The notes beneath the pieces were generated by a model that had not been told where the DNA came from, made no database searches, and was given only the letters and a program-made list of their open reading frames with translations. A stretch of 64,000 bases of DNA from Amoebophrya sp. A120 (Eukaryota > Protista > Dinoflagellata): contig CAJINV010000003.1 of NCBI GenBank assembly GCA_905178155.1, positions 8,411,444 through 8,475,443 of the forward strand. Direction: 5' to 3'. Both the position numbers and the translations under genes were made by a program. This document shows, in pieces, positions 26,801 to 37,520 of the stretch (positions are counted from its first letter, which is position 1; each line of letters begins with the position of its first letter).

Positions 26801-28481
26801 TCTGCGCGACCGGAGGCTGTGCAATTATTTTTGCCGCTTCGCCATGCCCGGCGCACTGCGCGATCTGGACCCCGGCACTCGTGGACAATATTTTGTAGCT
26901 GTCGCACCACTCATGCCCTGCAAACATAGCCGCTTTATGATTGCAGTCCGCCGCGGCTGCCTTCAGCTCGCCACCGTTGTTCAGCGGTGGGAGGATCAGG
27001 AACTTATGCTCATGGTCGCCATGATAGCCTTCCTTGAGCAGCGCATGATCCTCGTCACCCCACTTTCGTCCTAGCAGCGAGTACGCGAATTGAATCGCGG
27101 CTCTCTGCGCTTCCTGCACTCCCCCGCGCCTGGCTTCTCCATGCCACTTGGACCTCTTATCGAGCTTGCCGGCCGCGACAATTTCGCAATCAACGACAAA
27201 ATTGTGGTAGGAGTGCCCTGCTGATGTGTTGATATCGTGCCTGCTCCAAATCCGCGCTGGCGTGGCCGCGACTTGCGGATCGGCTAGAAGCTCCTCCAGC
27301 GGCACGCGGAGGCGCGGATTGAATTTTTGCTGTTTTGGTTTATTTACTGCTACTTTGGCGCCCGTGCTGCTGAGGTAGATGACGCTCGGAGTATCGCACA
27401 CCTCTTCCTCTGGTTTCAACACCTTGACTCCGTGCAGCGCGGCACTTTCTTCCGTGATATCTTCTTCGACTGTATCCGGTTCCTCGTCGTCGTGGAAGAA
27501 GTCACGTCGCATTTGATAAAGCTTTTCTTTCCACTCGGGGTCGTCCCTCATTGACGGGCAAAGGAGCCAGCACTGTAACAGCCTGCTGCTTTCTAGTGCC
27601 TCCTTCTCGACCCCGGGAATGCCGTGCTCGATCCGCTCATCACCGTCTTCGTGGCATAGTTGGCCCAGCCGCGACATACCGTCGGAAATCGAGAGGGCGA
27701 CACCGGCAACGTGGTTGAAGTGCAGGACCGGGACACACGGGAGTAGTTTTTCGATATCTCTTTTCGTATTTTCGTCGACGTTCGGCTTCCGTAAAGTGCC
27801 ATAGAAGGAGCGCGGCTGGTTCGACAGGTGGTCGTGCCCGACAATGCATCGGCATCCCTTGAAGGATGGATACACTTCTGCTACTCCGATGGTCATTGCC
27901 CGCAGCTCCCGGCTCTTGCTTGGCCGGTTGTGCTCGTCCGTCCAGGAGCGGCGAATTACCCGGCGCGCCCGACACTGGGGCTTGCCGTGACGGCAATCCG
28001 CTTCCTCGTGCACTCCATGCAGCGAGCACTGGCATCCTTCTTTCGACGAGTCCCCCAACAAGTAGAAGTGCTTGGCGATGTCGTACTCGATTGGGAATAT
28101 GACAAGCTTCTCGTCGATGCCGTGCATGAGCGCATGCCAGTGCTTTGCTGCCTTCAAATCCGCCTCGAACTTTTTCACGTCGAGGAACATCTTGTGTCCT
28201 CGTTTCAGCGTGTAGCGGCGCAAATATGCTGCTACCTCCGCATAGCCGTAGAAGAAGTCGCGCACGCCCTCCCATGCTGTAGAGTTGAGTGCTGCTTCGA
28301 TGCATTCTGCCGTCGGTTTGAAGGTGAAGTTTTTGATTTTTAGAAGCGCTTTTTCACCGCATACCGTGCCGCCGTCGCGTATGCCTTTCCCGAGTCGCTG
28401 CGAAACGAGAAGAGCTACTTGATTTCTCTTCACTGAGAAGCGGGGGCACGATGGGGGACGCCCAGCGTAAATGAGTCGCAA
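23880..28481 (-). mobile_element. Ty3/gypsy-like pol remnant: RT thumb - RNase H - long spacer - HHCC zinc domain - integrase core
   Basis: RT C-terminal/thumb-like KIKNFTFKPT...VRDFFYGYAEVAAYL. RNase H-like GDSSKEG...ELRAM...GHDH. HHCC domain HIHH...LHSRAGKT...FSWPGL...CTVC. Integrase core AIDHV...EVEAPNK. The frame continues past a TAG at 24150 into VGDLVIRR. The RT catalytic YxDD part is absent. Confidence 0.8.
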
Positions 28482-29421
28482 TGACTAAACTACTGCGGCC
28501 TTGCTCCAATAGAGTTAGGAGAAGGCCAATCCGCAGGCTATGGGAAGTAGTTTGTATCTCATACTTGCGCAACAAACGCTCAACATCGATCCCCCGAACC
28601 GCATTAAGGGCCCCCCGGTACGCGTGCAGGCACGACGCACGGCCTCCGGATTCGCAGGAACACTTCACCCGAATCGCCTGCGTGGCATTGCTCTCCAACA
28701 CTACTCCCCGCAAGTCTAGGCCAGTGGAGTGCTGCCCCCACAGGATTTTGATCCCGGCGCCGACTTTCAGCGCTTCCGACTTCCGCAGCCCAAAAAGAAA
28801 AACCAGCAGAAGCTGGGCCCGGTCTATTGTGTTCCCGATCTGCATAATGCGCTCCCGAAAAAGTGGCGTCTTCTGGCTGTGGTTAAACACACCTTTACGC
28901 CGCAAACTACTGAGAAGGGACCAGATGAAACCCTCCTGGACCTCGGTGAGTGAGAGCTGCCCACTTTTCCGCCCCTGTTTCAGCACTAGGCTGGCGCCGT
29001 CGTCAAAAGTCTTGTAGCCCGTGGCTAAAGAAATCGCCACAAAATTCTCCAGACCCCGGTAGGAAACCGGCCAGGGATCGACTCCCTGCGCCCTGGAGAT
29101 TCTTTCGCACTTCACTATTTGGGACTTCGTTGTCGAGGCGGAGGACAACGAAGTCACTTGCCCGAGAAACTGAACGCACTGTGACAAAGCCACTGGATCG
29201 GCCGCGAGCCGGCACGCCATCTTCATTTGCGCTGAGGTGCGAGTCTTGCGAGTCGTGCCACCCGCTGCAGGAACAACAAAATCTTTGCCCACACCTTCTA
29301 AAATCTGCGCAACCCTGTCGCCACGCGGGAGCGGCGCACGCGCATGCTCCTTTTGGCGAGCTTCTTGCTTCTCTTTCAGCCTCTTAAGGACATGAAGCAT
29401 GGTGGAAAGTGGTAGAAACAA
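28354..29421 (-). CDS. Tyrosine recombinase (DIRS/YR-element type), C-terminally truncated
   Basis: FLFGLRKSEAL (catalytic R), SHSLRIG (HxxR), HLRWAS; no catalytic Tyr follows. Confidence 0.8.
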   Translation of the reverse strand: MFLPLSTMLHVLKRLKEKQEARQKEHARAPLPRGDRVAQILEGVGKDFVVPAAGGTTRKTRTSAQMKMACRLAADPVALSQCVQFLGQVTSLSSASTTKSQIVKCERISRAQGVDPWPVSYRGLENFVAISLATGYKTFDDGASLVLKQGRKSGQLSLTEVQEGFIWSLLSSLRRKGVFNHSQKTPLFRERIMQIGNTIDRAQLLLVFLFGLRKSEALKVGAGIKILWGQHSTGLDLRGVVLESNATQAIRVKCSCESGGRASCLHAYRGALNAVRGIDVERLLRKYEIQTTSHSLRIGLLLTLLEQGRSSLVIATHLRWASPIVPPLLSEEKSSSSSRFAATRERHTRRRHGMR

Positions 29422-30349
29422 AGCGGGCAGGTCGGTATTCCAAATCCTACAGGTACTAGTCTAAGCAAAAAAAAAAGAATAGCGGCTACAGAAGGAATCT
29501 ATCCCGGAAAGCAGTGTGCTCAACCCTGAGAAAGAGAGTAATGTAGCCAAATTAAGAGGGACTGGGGCAAGGCCGAACTAAAATCCCCGAAGGAAATGAT
29601 CTCCAACACCGCAGCGTCACTCCACAACGTATTTCTGACCCAAGCACTGCACTACAGCGATCCCATTTCGATCGGAAAGTCTTGGTCTCGCAGAGCGATG
29701 AGAGAAGAGAGGTCAACAGCCACAGTCTAGCGCTCCAGTCAGGGAGAAAGTTCGCAAGGGTAACGGGTTCGAACCGCCAGTGCCAAACGACCCCTCCTCC
29801 CATCGCAAAGCGAGGCCACAAACTAAAACTGTTGCTCCTTCGGGCAAACAGTACCAAAATACCGTCTTCCCACTACGGGAAGGGCACAAAAACCATCCCT
29901 GCCACAACTTCAGCTAGGGGAAACAAAGGACTCGCCTCCTCACATCGAGGAGGGCACCACGCTCCTCCCCCCACAGCAGGAAGAGGAGACTACACACACC
30001 CTTGCTACATCAGCGAAAGGCTCTGACAAGCTCACTCTCTTCACATCAAAGAGAGGAGGACAACACTCCCCTTCCCACAGCGAGAAGGGGGACAGACTAC
30101 TACCACGGCAGGGGCGTAACTCCCTGGAACCTGAGAAAACACAGCAGAGAAAAATCAGCAGACCCAAGGGTCTACCGTCTGCACTAACGTTCTCAGGTTC
30201 TGGATACCGTGCAAGGGCTAGGGCGGGGACCGTATAAAATACCGCCCGACCAGCCTCAGCCTTGGCTCACAAGCTCGCAAGACTCCTGCTGCCCGGGCAT
30301 ACATTTATTTTTGCATTACAAATGTGAGCCAGCTTTTTTCTGTGGGATA

Positions 30350-33300
30350 CAGGTCGATCGCGAAGTCAAATCGCAGCTTGAGTCCGTCGGTAAGGTGGAA
30401 GATGAGTCTTCGCTTGGTCCTCTTGATAGCGACACGCATTGCAAATATCGACTTGGGTCGACAGGAAGGATAAAAGTACCAGGCTCGCAATGCCGAATCC
30501 GTATATTACTTACCCCTGAATGACGACCCTGCGGCGCGTGCATGCCTCGGAGCACTTGGCGCTGATGTCTGTCTCTCATGCGAAAAACGCGAATGAGAGT
30601 GCGGATTATTACACACTAGAACGAAACCGCAGCGGTTTCGTCCTAAATTTCCCATTCATGGCGGAGTACTGGCGTTAGTATTTCGCAATCCTTCACGCAC
30701 GTACTAGCATTACAATATTCATTTTCCCGGACCCACACCTCATATTTGCAACCCATATGCGAACCCTTTTCGAATCACGGCCCCCTCTTCGCACGGCTCG
30801 TCCAGGGCCGCCGACGCCGTGGTCAGGCCATCGATTAGCAGGTCTGGGTCTTCTTCTTCTTCAGGCCTGGCCTTCGACAGCTGCGCACCCGCGCTGGTAT
30901 AACAAGTACTGGAGGCCATGTTTACATCAAAAAGACTACTCGTCACCACCGCGATGCGCACACTGAAACCGCCCCCGGCACGTAGATCAGGCAGCACCGG
31001 ACAACGAAGGTGGAGGCTAGTATTGGTATTCTCTTCCTCATATGATTTGCAAAAGTGTCTGGGTCTGGAAGATTGCAACTTGTGATGCTAAAGCCGAATC
31101 ATGCAAAAATCTGTGTTGCATGACTGCCCAAAGCTGTGCACTTTCGACCAAGTTGGGAGGAGATTTCTCATGCAGGATAGGCATGACAGAGACCTCACAG
31201 ACTCTGTCATGCTAGGTCCCGCATGCCAGACCTCATGGGTCATGGAAAACCTGCATGACAAGTTTACACCCTTCCAGACCAAGACATATTTGCAGTTGAT
31301 ACCTCACCCGCACGGTTTTTACCCACGTCTTCCGTCGTGTTCGTCGCACTGGTTTGTATCCACTTCTTCTTATGCATTGCAAACACTGTCCTCTGAGTTG
31401 TCTGGAAGGATGCAAGCTCGTGACGCGAGCACGGCGGGAAGTTGGCACGGACATAATTTCTCTTGCATGCTGCTGAGCAGCAACGTGCACTTCTGCACTT
31501 GTTGTCGAGAAGATGAAGGGATACATATCTAATATGCAAAATAGGCCTGAGAAAGCATCCTGCGGAAAAAACCTGAGAAAAAGATGCTACCTAGGTGTTG
31601 CATTCCAGATGACAGCGCCTTGGGGTCTCGCTTTAAAAAAGCTGCGCGGCAAACTCCCGCAGTGTTGTTCTTCCAGACCCAGACATGAAATTTGCGTTCA
31701 TTTGATACTTCACACAGGAACACGATATCGCCTGGTCTCGTGCGGCGGTGATAGTACCATCTGCCTTTTCTCCCTCGCTGCCCTCGATGATCAGCTGGCT
31801 CTTCATGCACCTCACCAAATATGGATCGACTTCGTGGTAGCGGGCCGTAAGCTTGTATGACAGTGCACAACTCCCCCTCCCCCTCAGTTGTGTTGCATGA
31901 AGAGCAACACAAGCGCTGGCAAAGATGCAGCTTTTGCATGACAAATTCCTAAGGGATTGTAGTGCTGTTTTGGATTCCGGAATCTGTCATGCAAACAGTA
32001 CTAACAGGCGAAGGGTGGATTTGTCATTTTGCGTGACAAATGAGGGGGAGGGGGAGTTGTGCACTTTCATAGCTTGTTGGACTCCACCAGAATCAGGTGG
32101 GACGGGTATCCTGTGGAAAAGCGTCTCTATGTGCCCCGGAGTCAAGACAATGGGAATTAATATGTCGCCACACCGATGTCAACAAGTTTTATTGGATGAG
32201 CCGCATGACGATTCAGATTCTATGCTTGCAGTGTGTTGACCAAGTGTACCTCGGTAGTGCAGCCGCAAAACAAATGGATCGAATCATCCTCATTCTTGCA
32301 TGAAAAGCTTCCAGATAGCATTAGAAATTACTCAACGAGATGGGACTGCGCATGAGAACCAGTTTGGGTTTGCAGCTTTGCATGACTGAGAAATAAAAGG
32401 CGTGGGCGCCGTTTCTCCACTGGATACGGAGGAAAGCTGCGTCAGCTCCTGGAAATCCGCGTACCCCGGGCCGTCGACGATAGCCCAGTCCTCGTTTGTG
32501 CATTGCAAATATGTCCGAGTCTGGATCTGTCATGCTAAATTTGAAGGAAAACAAAATCTGTAATGCAAGGAAAGAGTTGTGCGCAGCTTTTTTGTCGTGC
32601 TGGAAGGGAGTTATTTGTTACCTTTATCCCATTTCCGGATGCATTTGCAAGATGCCACACAAGTTTTCTACATGCAGCTGCTATGCCGCACATGCAGCCA
32701 CTTTGCAATACAAGTGTCTATCACCAAGACAAATTTATGCCAGACCCAGACAAAAACTCTTGCAGTGGATACCGTTTCATTCTTCCCGGTCGTCCAGACA
32801 GACCCCGTCCCAATAGAGGCAAATTTCCGGCCGCGACCACTTAATGTAGTGGGAACAAGCCGTCTGCTGGTGCTTCGCAGGTACGTTCGCTTCCCCACCA
32901 TGATGCTCGGCCCGGTTCACTCCTGGGGCGCGGCTTTGGGGTACCGCTTGCCCCACGATCAGCCAGTAGACCAAGCGGCCGACGTAGCCCAGCCGGTCCG
33001 TCCGCCCATTGTTGTAGTAGAGCAGACATATCCCATTGAAAAAAGCAGGCAGGGCATCGATACAACCTGTAATGCGAAAACAAATACACAAAATGATCTA
33101 CGTAGCGCATTCTATCTAAACAGCACTCGATGGGCTGGCCCATGGCAGGTTTTTCTGCTAGTCATTTTTTGCATTACAAACATGCCCTGCATGCTATTTT
33201 TCTGTTGTATGATAAGACAGTAAAACCCGTCCGACATCTGAAGCGGGGTGATGGCGCCCCGCGGGTTGCGGATGACGTTGTGGTTTGAGGAAATTTTCAC

Positions 33301-36300
33301 GAACTAGTATCAAACGCGAATAGAGGTCCGGTTCTCTGTGGAACGAGCGTCCAAAGTTTGTTGTTCGTCCATGTAAAAATTAGGCTGAAATGAAGTCTCT
33401 ATGTGTTCCTGATGTCGGTCAAGAATGCCTGTTACTGTTGTGCAATACCAGCGCGGCCCGTCTAGCACCATGCACAAATAACCTGTCTTGCGGGTTAAGC
33501 ACTAGTACAGGTCCTACGTTAGCATGACCACAACTTCTTTCGCAACCCAGATGAGCACTTGCATTTGATAAATACTCCTCCGATTCCAAATACTCGGTGA
33601 CGTTCGCGGCGAAGGAATTCGCGACTCGCTGGCTCAGCCCGTTCAGCGTTTTGTCTGCCAGCAACTGCTCGTTCCGTTGCGAAGTGAAAGAAGTACAATT
33701 TTCAAGCTTAGCTTCCAGCTCCTGGTCGAACACCAGAGGCGAGACACCGCCATTCCCCGCAGAACTTATTTTGGCGTCCCCCTCAAAAATTATATTTTGT
33801 TCCCCCACAAGAACTTCCCCTTGTCCAGCACTCCTGCGATGATCCCACGTGGTCCCGTAGTCTGTCGAAGTGCAGCATCAAAATGAAAAATCCCCCCTCC
33901 CCGTATTGAAACGGAAATTTCTGTTGCTGGATTTGTGAGGCGTGAGGCGTAACATGATCGCACTCGGAAGAGGTGGAACAGTCAGCAGCCCGAACTCATC
34001 GGTTTTGCCAGGTCCACAACCCCCTGGGGGTGAAATACGGGGGTGGCTCCGCGTGGCGGCGATCTAGGATCGCTGCCTGGAAGAAGGAGTGGGAGCCTCT
34101 TTTCAGATGTACTCCGCAAACCTAAGCCAACCACTGCCCCCGCAGTCACAAACTCACACCCGACATCGAGAACCGATGCGAGGGAGACCCCGGCAACCCT
34201 TCTCAGCGACCGAATACCGAGAGGGATAAGTGGAAGTTGCTGGATTTGTGTACACAGCTCTGTCTTGCAATGAGGCACTGCAAGCAAAGCCTCAGCCTTC
34301 GTAGGAGTGTTTTTACGTAGGTGCTTAGCATAGCAGAGGCCCTCGATGTAGTCGTAACAGCATTACAAATTGCCGGCATAGAGCGGCGGACTCTTAGGAT
34401 TTGCCTCCTTGCAAGAGAGACAGGATTTGTGCTCACAAATCGGCATCACAAATTTTTAACAGCATGCCTTTTCTTTATGGGGAGGGGGGATTTTTGCTCA
34501 CAATATGCAGCTGTCCAAAAAGCCGAGCTCGGTACGCCAGAAGATCAGCAGCTCGCTTCCCCGGATTTGCAGCACGTGTGCTTCCTCGCCCAGGAGCAAC
34601 CCCCGCGGGGTTTGGAGACCGGAAGTGGTGGTCTGGGGACTACACAGTTGATGTTCCGCAGTGGTCGTCGCCGACGGCGAAGTAGGTATTACTTTCGTTG
34701 TACCATCCTCGCCCACCGCTGCCGCCACACCCGCTGGCTCTGCGCTCTCGTCGCTCCTTCCGGGAAGCAATTGGAACACCGCGTTCCGAGTCTGGTTGTT
34801 CTGGTGGAGGTGCAGAAAATTTTCGCACCGCAACACGAAGGCCTCGCTTCCATAGGATTCCCCGTTCCCGTCGCGCGTTTTTTGAAACGCGAAGAAGCAC
34901 TGGCCGTCCAGCAGCTGCGGCTTGTCGCAGCAGAGCGCGCCAATGGTCGGCTTACCCTGCCACGGGTTCGCGGCGTCAATCGCCGTGCGGGGTAGGGGGA
35001 TTGCCACGCGCTCGCCGGGGATCCCGGGGCAGTCGAAGGTTTCCCCGAAATTGTCGCTCCACTTCATCCAGTATGCATTACAAATATGAAAACGCCTTGG
35101 TCGTCTGGATTAGGGATCACGCGAACTACGGGTAAGTGCACTTTCTCTGCCATGCAGGAAACGACTTTTTGACGCAATTTACGAATCTATCCATCCGAAG
35201 CAACAGGCGCCCTAAAAAAAAATATTGTATATCATCCGTCCTTATTTCTGTGCACGCTGTCACCCAAGAAGAGTCAGCATCATTGCAGTAATTTTCGTGC
35301 TTTTAATATCCAGCCCCCGTCGAATTATTTCAGCTTGATATCCAAAAGCCTTGGTCTGCTTGCATGTCCGTCCGCGAGAGTTTTGTCGTGAAGGTGTCCG
35401 CTTCCTGTGCTCGCTATGGACTGTAAAAGCAATTTCATTCCACTCTAGTGGGATTTTTGCATTACTGAGTTTTTCGAGTTTTTCCAAAATCGGCCGTGGT
35501 CCTAATTTTCCTTGGACCCAGCAGGTTTTCTCACACATTATGCTCCTTGCACCGAGTAGTACAATTCCCATCAGACTATACTTTTGCACAGGATAGCACT
35601 TCCTGTTGCTGCACAGGCCGGGGTGGTGGTTGGCTCCCCGGGTTCCAGCCATAGAAGAGGTAAATGCGGTTCCCAGCGAGGAGCTGGCACCCGTCGTGGG
35701 ACTGCGTCTCATTGTCTTCCACCGGCTTCTATCAATCGCAAATATGTCTGGGTCTGGAAGGTGGCAACTTGTCATGGTAAATCTGAAGCATGCAAAAATC
35801 TGTGTTGCAGCATGAGTGCCAAAAGCTGTCCACTTTTGACCAAGATGGAAGGGAGTTTCTCATGCAGGATAGGCATCATAGGGATCTCACAAAATCTGTC
35901 ATGCTATGTCCTGCATTCCAGACGACATGGATCATAAAAAAATCCGCATGACAAGCTTACAGTTTTCCAGACCCAGACATTTTTGCACTTGGTAGCTTCA
36001 GTGCCGACCAGGTCTTCCCTCCGTCCTCGCTCCGCGTCGAGCACAATGTCAAGCCCGCGCCACCCTCGTGGTTCGCGCTGTGGTGCAGGATGCAGCTCAA
36101 AACGTGGCCGGACGTGGTTCCGCTCTGGAGGTGTTCTGGCCTTACTGCAGTGATGTTCTGGCCTGTATGCAGGGAAAGCGCTGCGTCAATCACGGTGGAA
36201 ACTAAGTAAGCCTGTGTGTTGTGGTCGAAACGGTTCTACTTGCAAAAGTGGTTGCATTGCGTCCAAGCAGAAGTACTCGTCGGGCGGCGCTACTTCCGAG

Positions 36301-37520
36301 TACAGCGATTGCTTTGCGTAAGCAGTGCTTCGCCTAAGCAGTGCTTCGGTTCAGTAGTGCCTCGCCTAAGTCGTGCCTCGGCTACGTAGTGCCTCGGTTA
36401 AGTAGTGCGCCGCTTCAGTAATGCTTTGCCTACGTACTCCCTCGGCTAAGTCTTTCCTCGGCTAAGTAGTGCGTCGCCTAAGTAGTGCTGCGCTTAGCTA
36501 GTGCCTCGCCTAAGTAGTGCCTCACCTAAGTAGTGCCTCGGCTACGTATTAATTGCCTCGGCTAAGTCGTGCCTCGCCTAAGTAGTGCTGCGCTTAGCTA
36601 GTGCCTCGCCTAAGTAGTGCGTCGCTCAAGTAATGCTTCGCCTACGTAGTGCCTCGGCTACGTCTTGCCTCGCCTAAGTAGTGCGTCGCCGGCGTACTGC
36701 CTCGCCTAAGTAGTGCTGCGCTTAGCTAGTGCCTCGCCTAAGTAGTGCATCGCCTAAGTAGTGCTGCGCTTGACTAGTGCATCGCCTAAGTAGTGCCTCG
36801 CCTAAGTAGTGCCTCGCCTAAGTCGTGCCTCGCCTAAGTAGTGCGTCACTTAAGTCGCGCCTCGCCTAGGTTGTGCCTCGCCTAGGTAGTGCCTCGCCTA
36901 AGTAGTGGCTCGCTTAATTAGTGCTTCGCTTAAGTAGTGCTTCCCTTAAGTCGTGCTTCGCTTGAGTGCTTGGCTTGAGTGCTTCGCGTAAGCGTTTCGC
37001 GTAAGCGTTTCGCGTAAGCGTTTCGCGTAAGCGTTTCGCCTAAGTGTTTCGCGTAAGCGTTTCGCTTAAGCTTAAGTGCTTCGCAGCTCCACTCAACAAA
37101 AATTTTTGCGGTTGAGGCTTCGCAGCTCCACGTCTCGACGCAGCATTTTGCTTGCCTACGAATCATAGTAGCCGTTGAGGTCCGAGACCACGGAGCCAGC
37201 TTTCAAATCTCTGGAATCCCGTATTAGCGTGCGCAACTCCCCTCCCCCTCAATTGTCATGCAAAAGGAAACACACCTCCGCATACTGCCTTTGAGCACTA
37301 TTTTCATTCTGCATGACAACTTTCAGCAACCTAATACTCCGCACTGCAGTCGCCCCCATGCGTGGATTTATTGTCACGCAGGCGCTACATTTTGCAAGTC
37401 GTGGTCTGTGATGCTGCTCATGCCCACCTTCAAATGAGAGAATAAATTGGGGTTGTGCACTCTCATATCCAGCCGCCCGGCCCTCCTTCCGCCGGGTCCA
37501 TCAGCCGAGAAAAAAGCCAT
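30350..37520 (-). CDS. BNR/Asp-box (sialidase-like beta-propeller) protein gene, 14 complete + 1 truncated introner; one in-frame TGA at 32777-32779; 3' end lost
   Basis: Spliced product MAFFSADGPGGRRAGRLDSRDLKAGSVVSDLNGYYDSQAYLV...RSEDGGKTW...NRIYLFYGWN...KWSDNFGETF...CTSTDYGTTW...RNPRGAITPLQMSDGFYCLLYYNNG...GPGYADF contains three Asp-boxes. Frame is kept at all junctions. Confidence 0.75.
30433..30757. mobile_element. Introner (A-like, diverged)
   Basis: TSD AGCGA/TGCGA. Confidence 0.7.
31041..31301. mobile_element. Introner family A
   Basis: TSD CCTCA/CCTCA. Confidence 0.9.
31371..31707. mobile_element. Introner family A
   Basis: TSD CTTCT/CTTCA. Confidence 0.82.
31856..32071. mobile_element. 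Introner family C
   Basis: TSD GCTTG/GCTTG. Confidence 0.9.
32107..32426. mobile_element. Introner family F-like
   Basis: TIR TATCCnGTGGA; TSD decayed but element+5 keeps frame. Confidence 0.75.
32497..32771. mobile_element. Introner family A (TGT terminus variant)
   Basis: TSD TCGTT/CCGTT. Confidence 0.8.
33029..33214. mobile_element. Introner family I (TATCCCAnnGAAAAAAGC)
   Basis: TSD AGACA/AGACA. Confidence 0.85.
33308..33570. mobile_element. Introner (diverged)
   Basis: TATCAAA...TTTGATA; TSD ACTAG/AATAC; frame kept. Confidence 0.7.
33876..34505. mobile_element. Introner family D with nested ~300-bp insertion
   Basis: TSD TGCAG/TGCAG. Confidence 0.85.
33938..34235 (-). mobile_element. 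Nested insertion, probably a 5'-truncated non-LTR element
   Basis: 15-bp direct repeat GTTGCTGGATTTGTG at 33923-33937 and 34236-34250; short tandem (GTGAGGC)2 tail at one end. Confidence 0.6.
35072..35340. mobile_element. Introner (diverged)
   Basis: TSD TCCAG/TCCAA; frame kept. Confidence 0.7.
35415..35595. mobile_element. Introner family B-like (diverged)
   Basis: TAT...ATA termini; TSD decayed; frame kept. Confidence 0.65.
35730..35994. mobile_element. Introner family A
   Basis: TSD GCTTC/GCTTC. Confidence 0.9.
36310..37075. repeat. 16-bp minisatellite (GCCTCGCCTAAGTAGT)n grading into a 13-bp unit (GCGTAAGCGTTTC)n, inside a putative intron 36215-37153
   Basis: ~40 degenerate units seen directly; flanking 5-mers GCCTG/GCCTA. 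Confidence 0.9.

Noticed and set aside
31710-31855. WD40-like peptide (LVSCGGDSTICLFSL) on the + strand
   Set aside because: The minus-strand frame joins continuously with the Asp-box exons on both sides, so the + reading is antisense coincidence.
36310-37075. CRISPR-like array
   Set aside because: Contiguous degenerate tandem units with no unique spacers, no cas genes, and a eukaryotic context.
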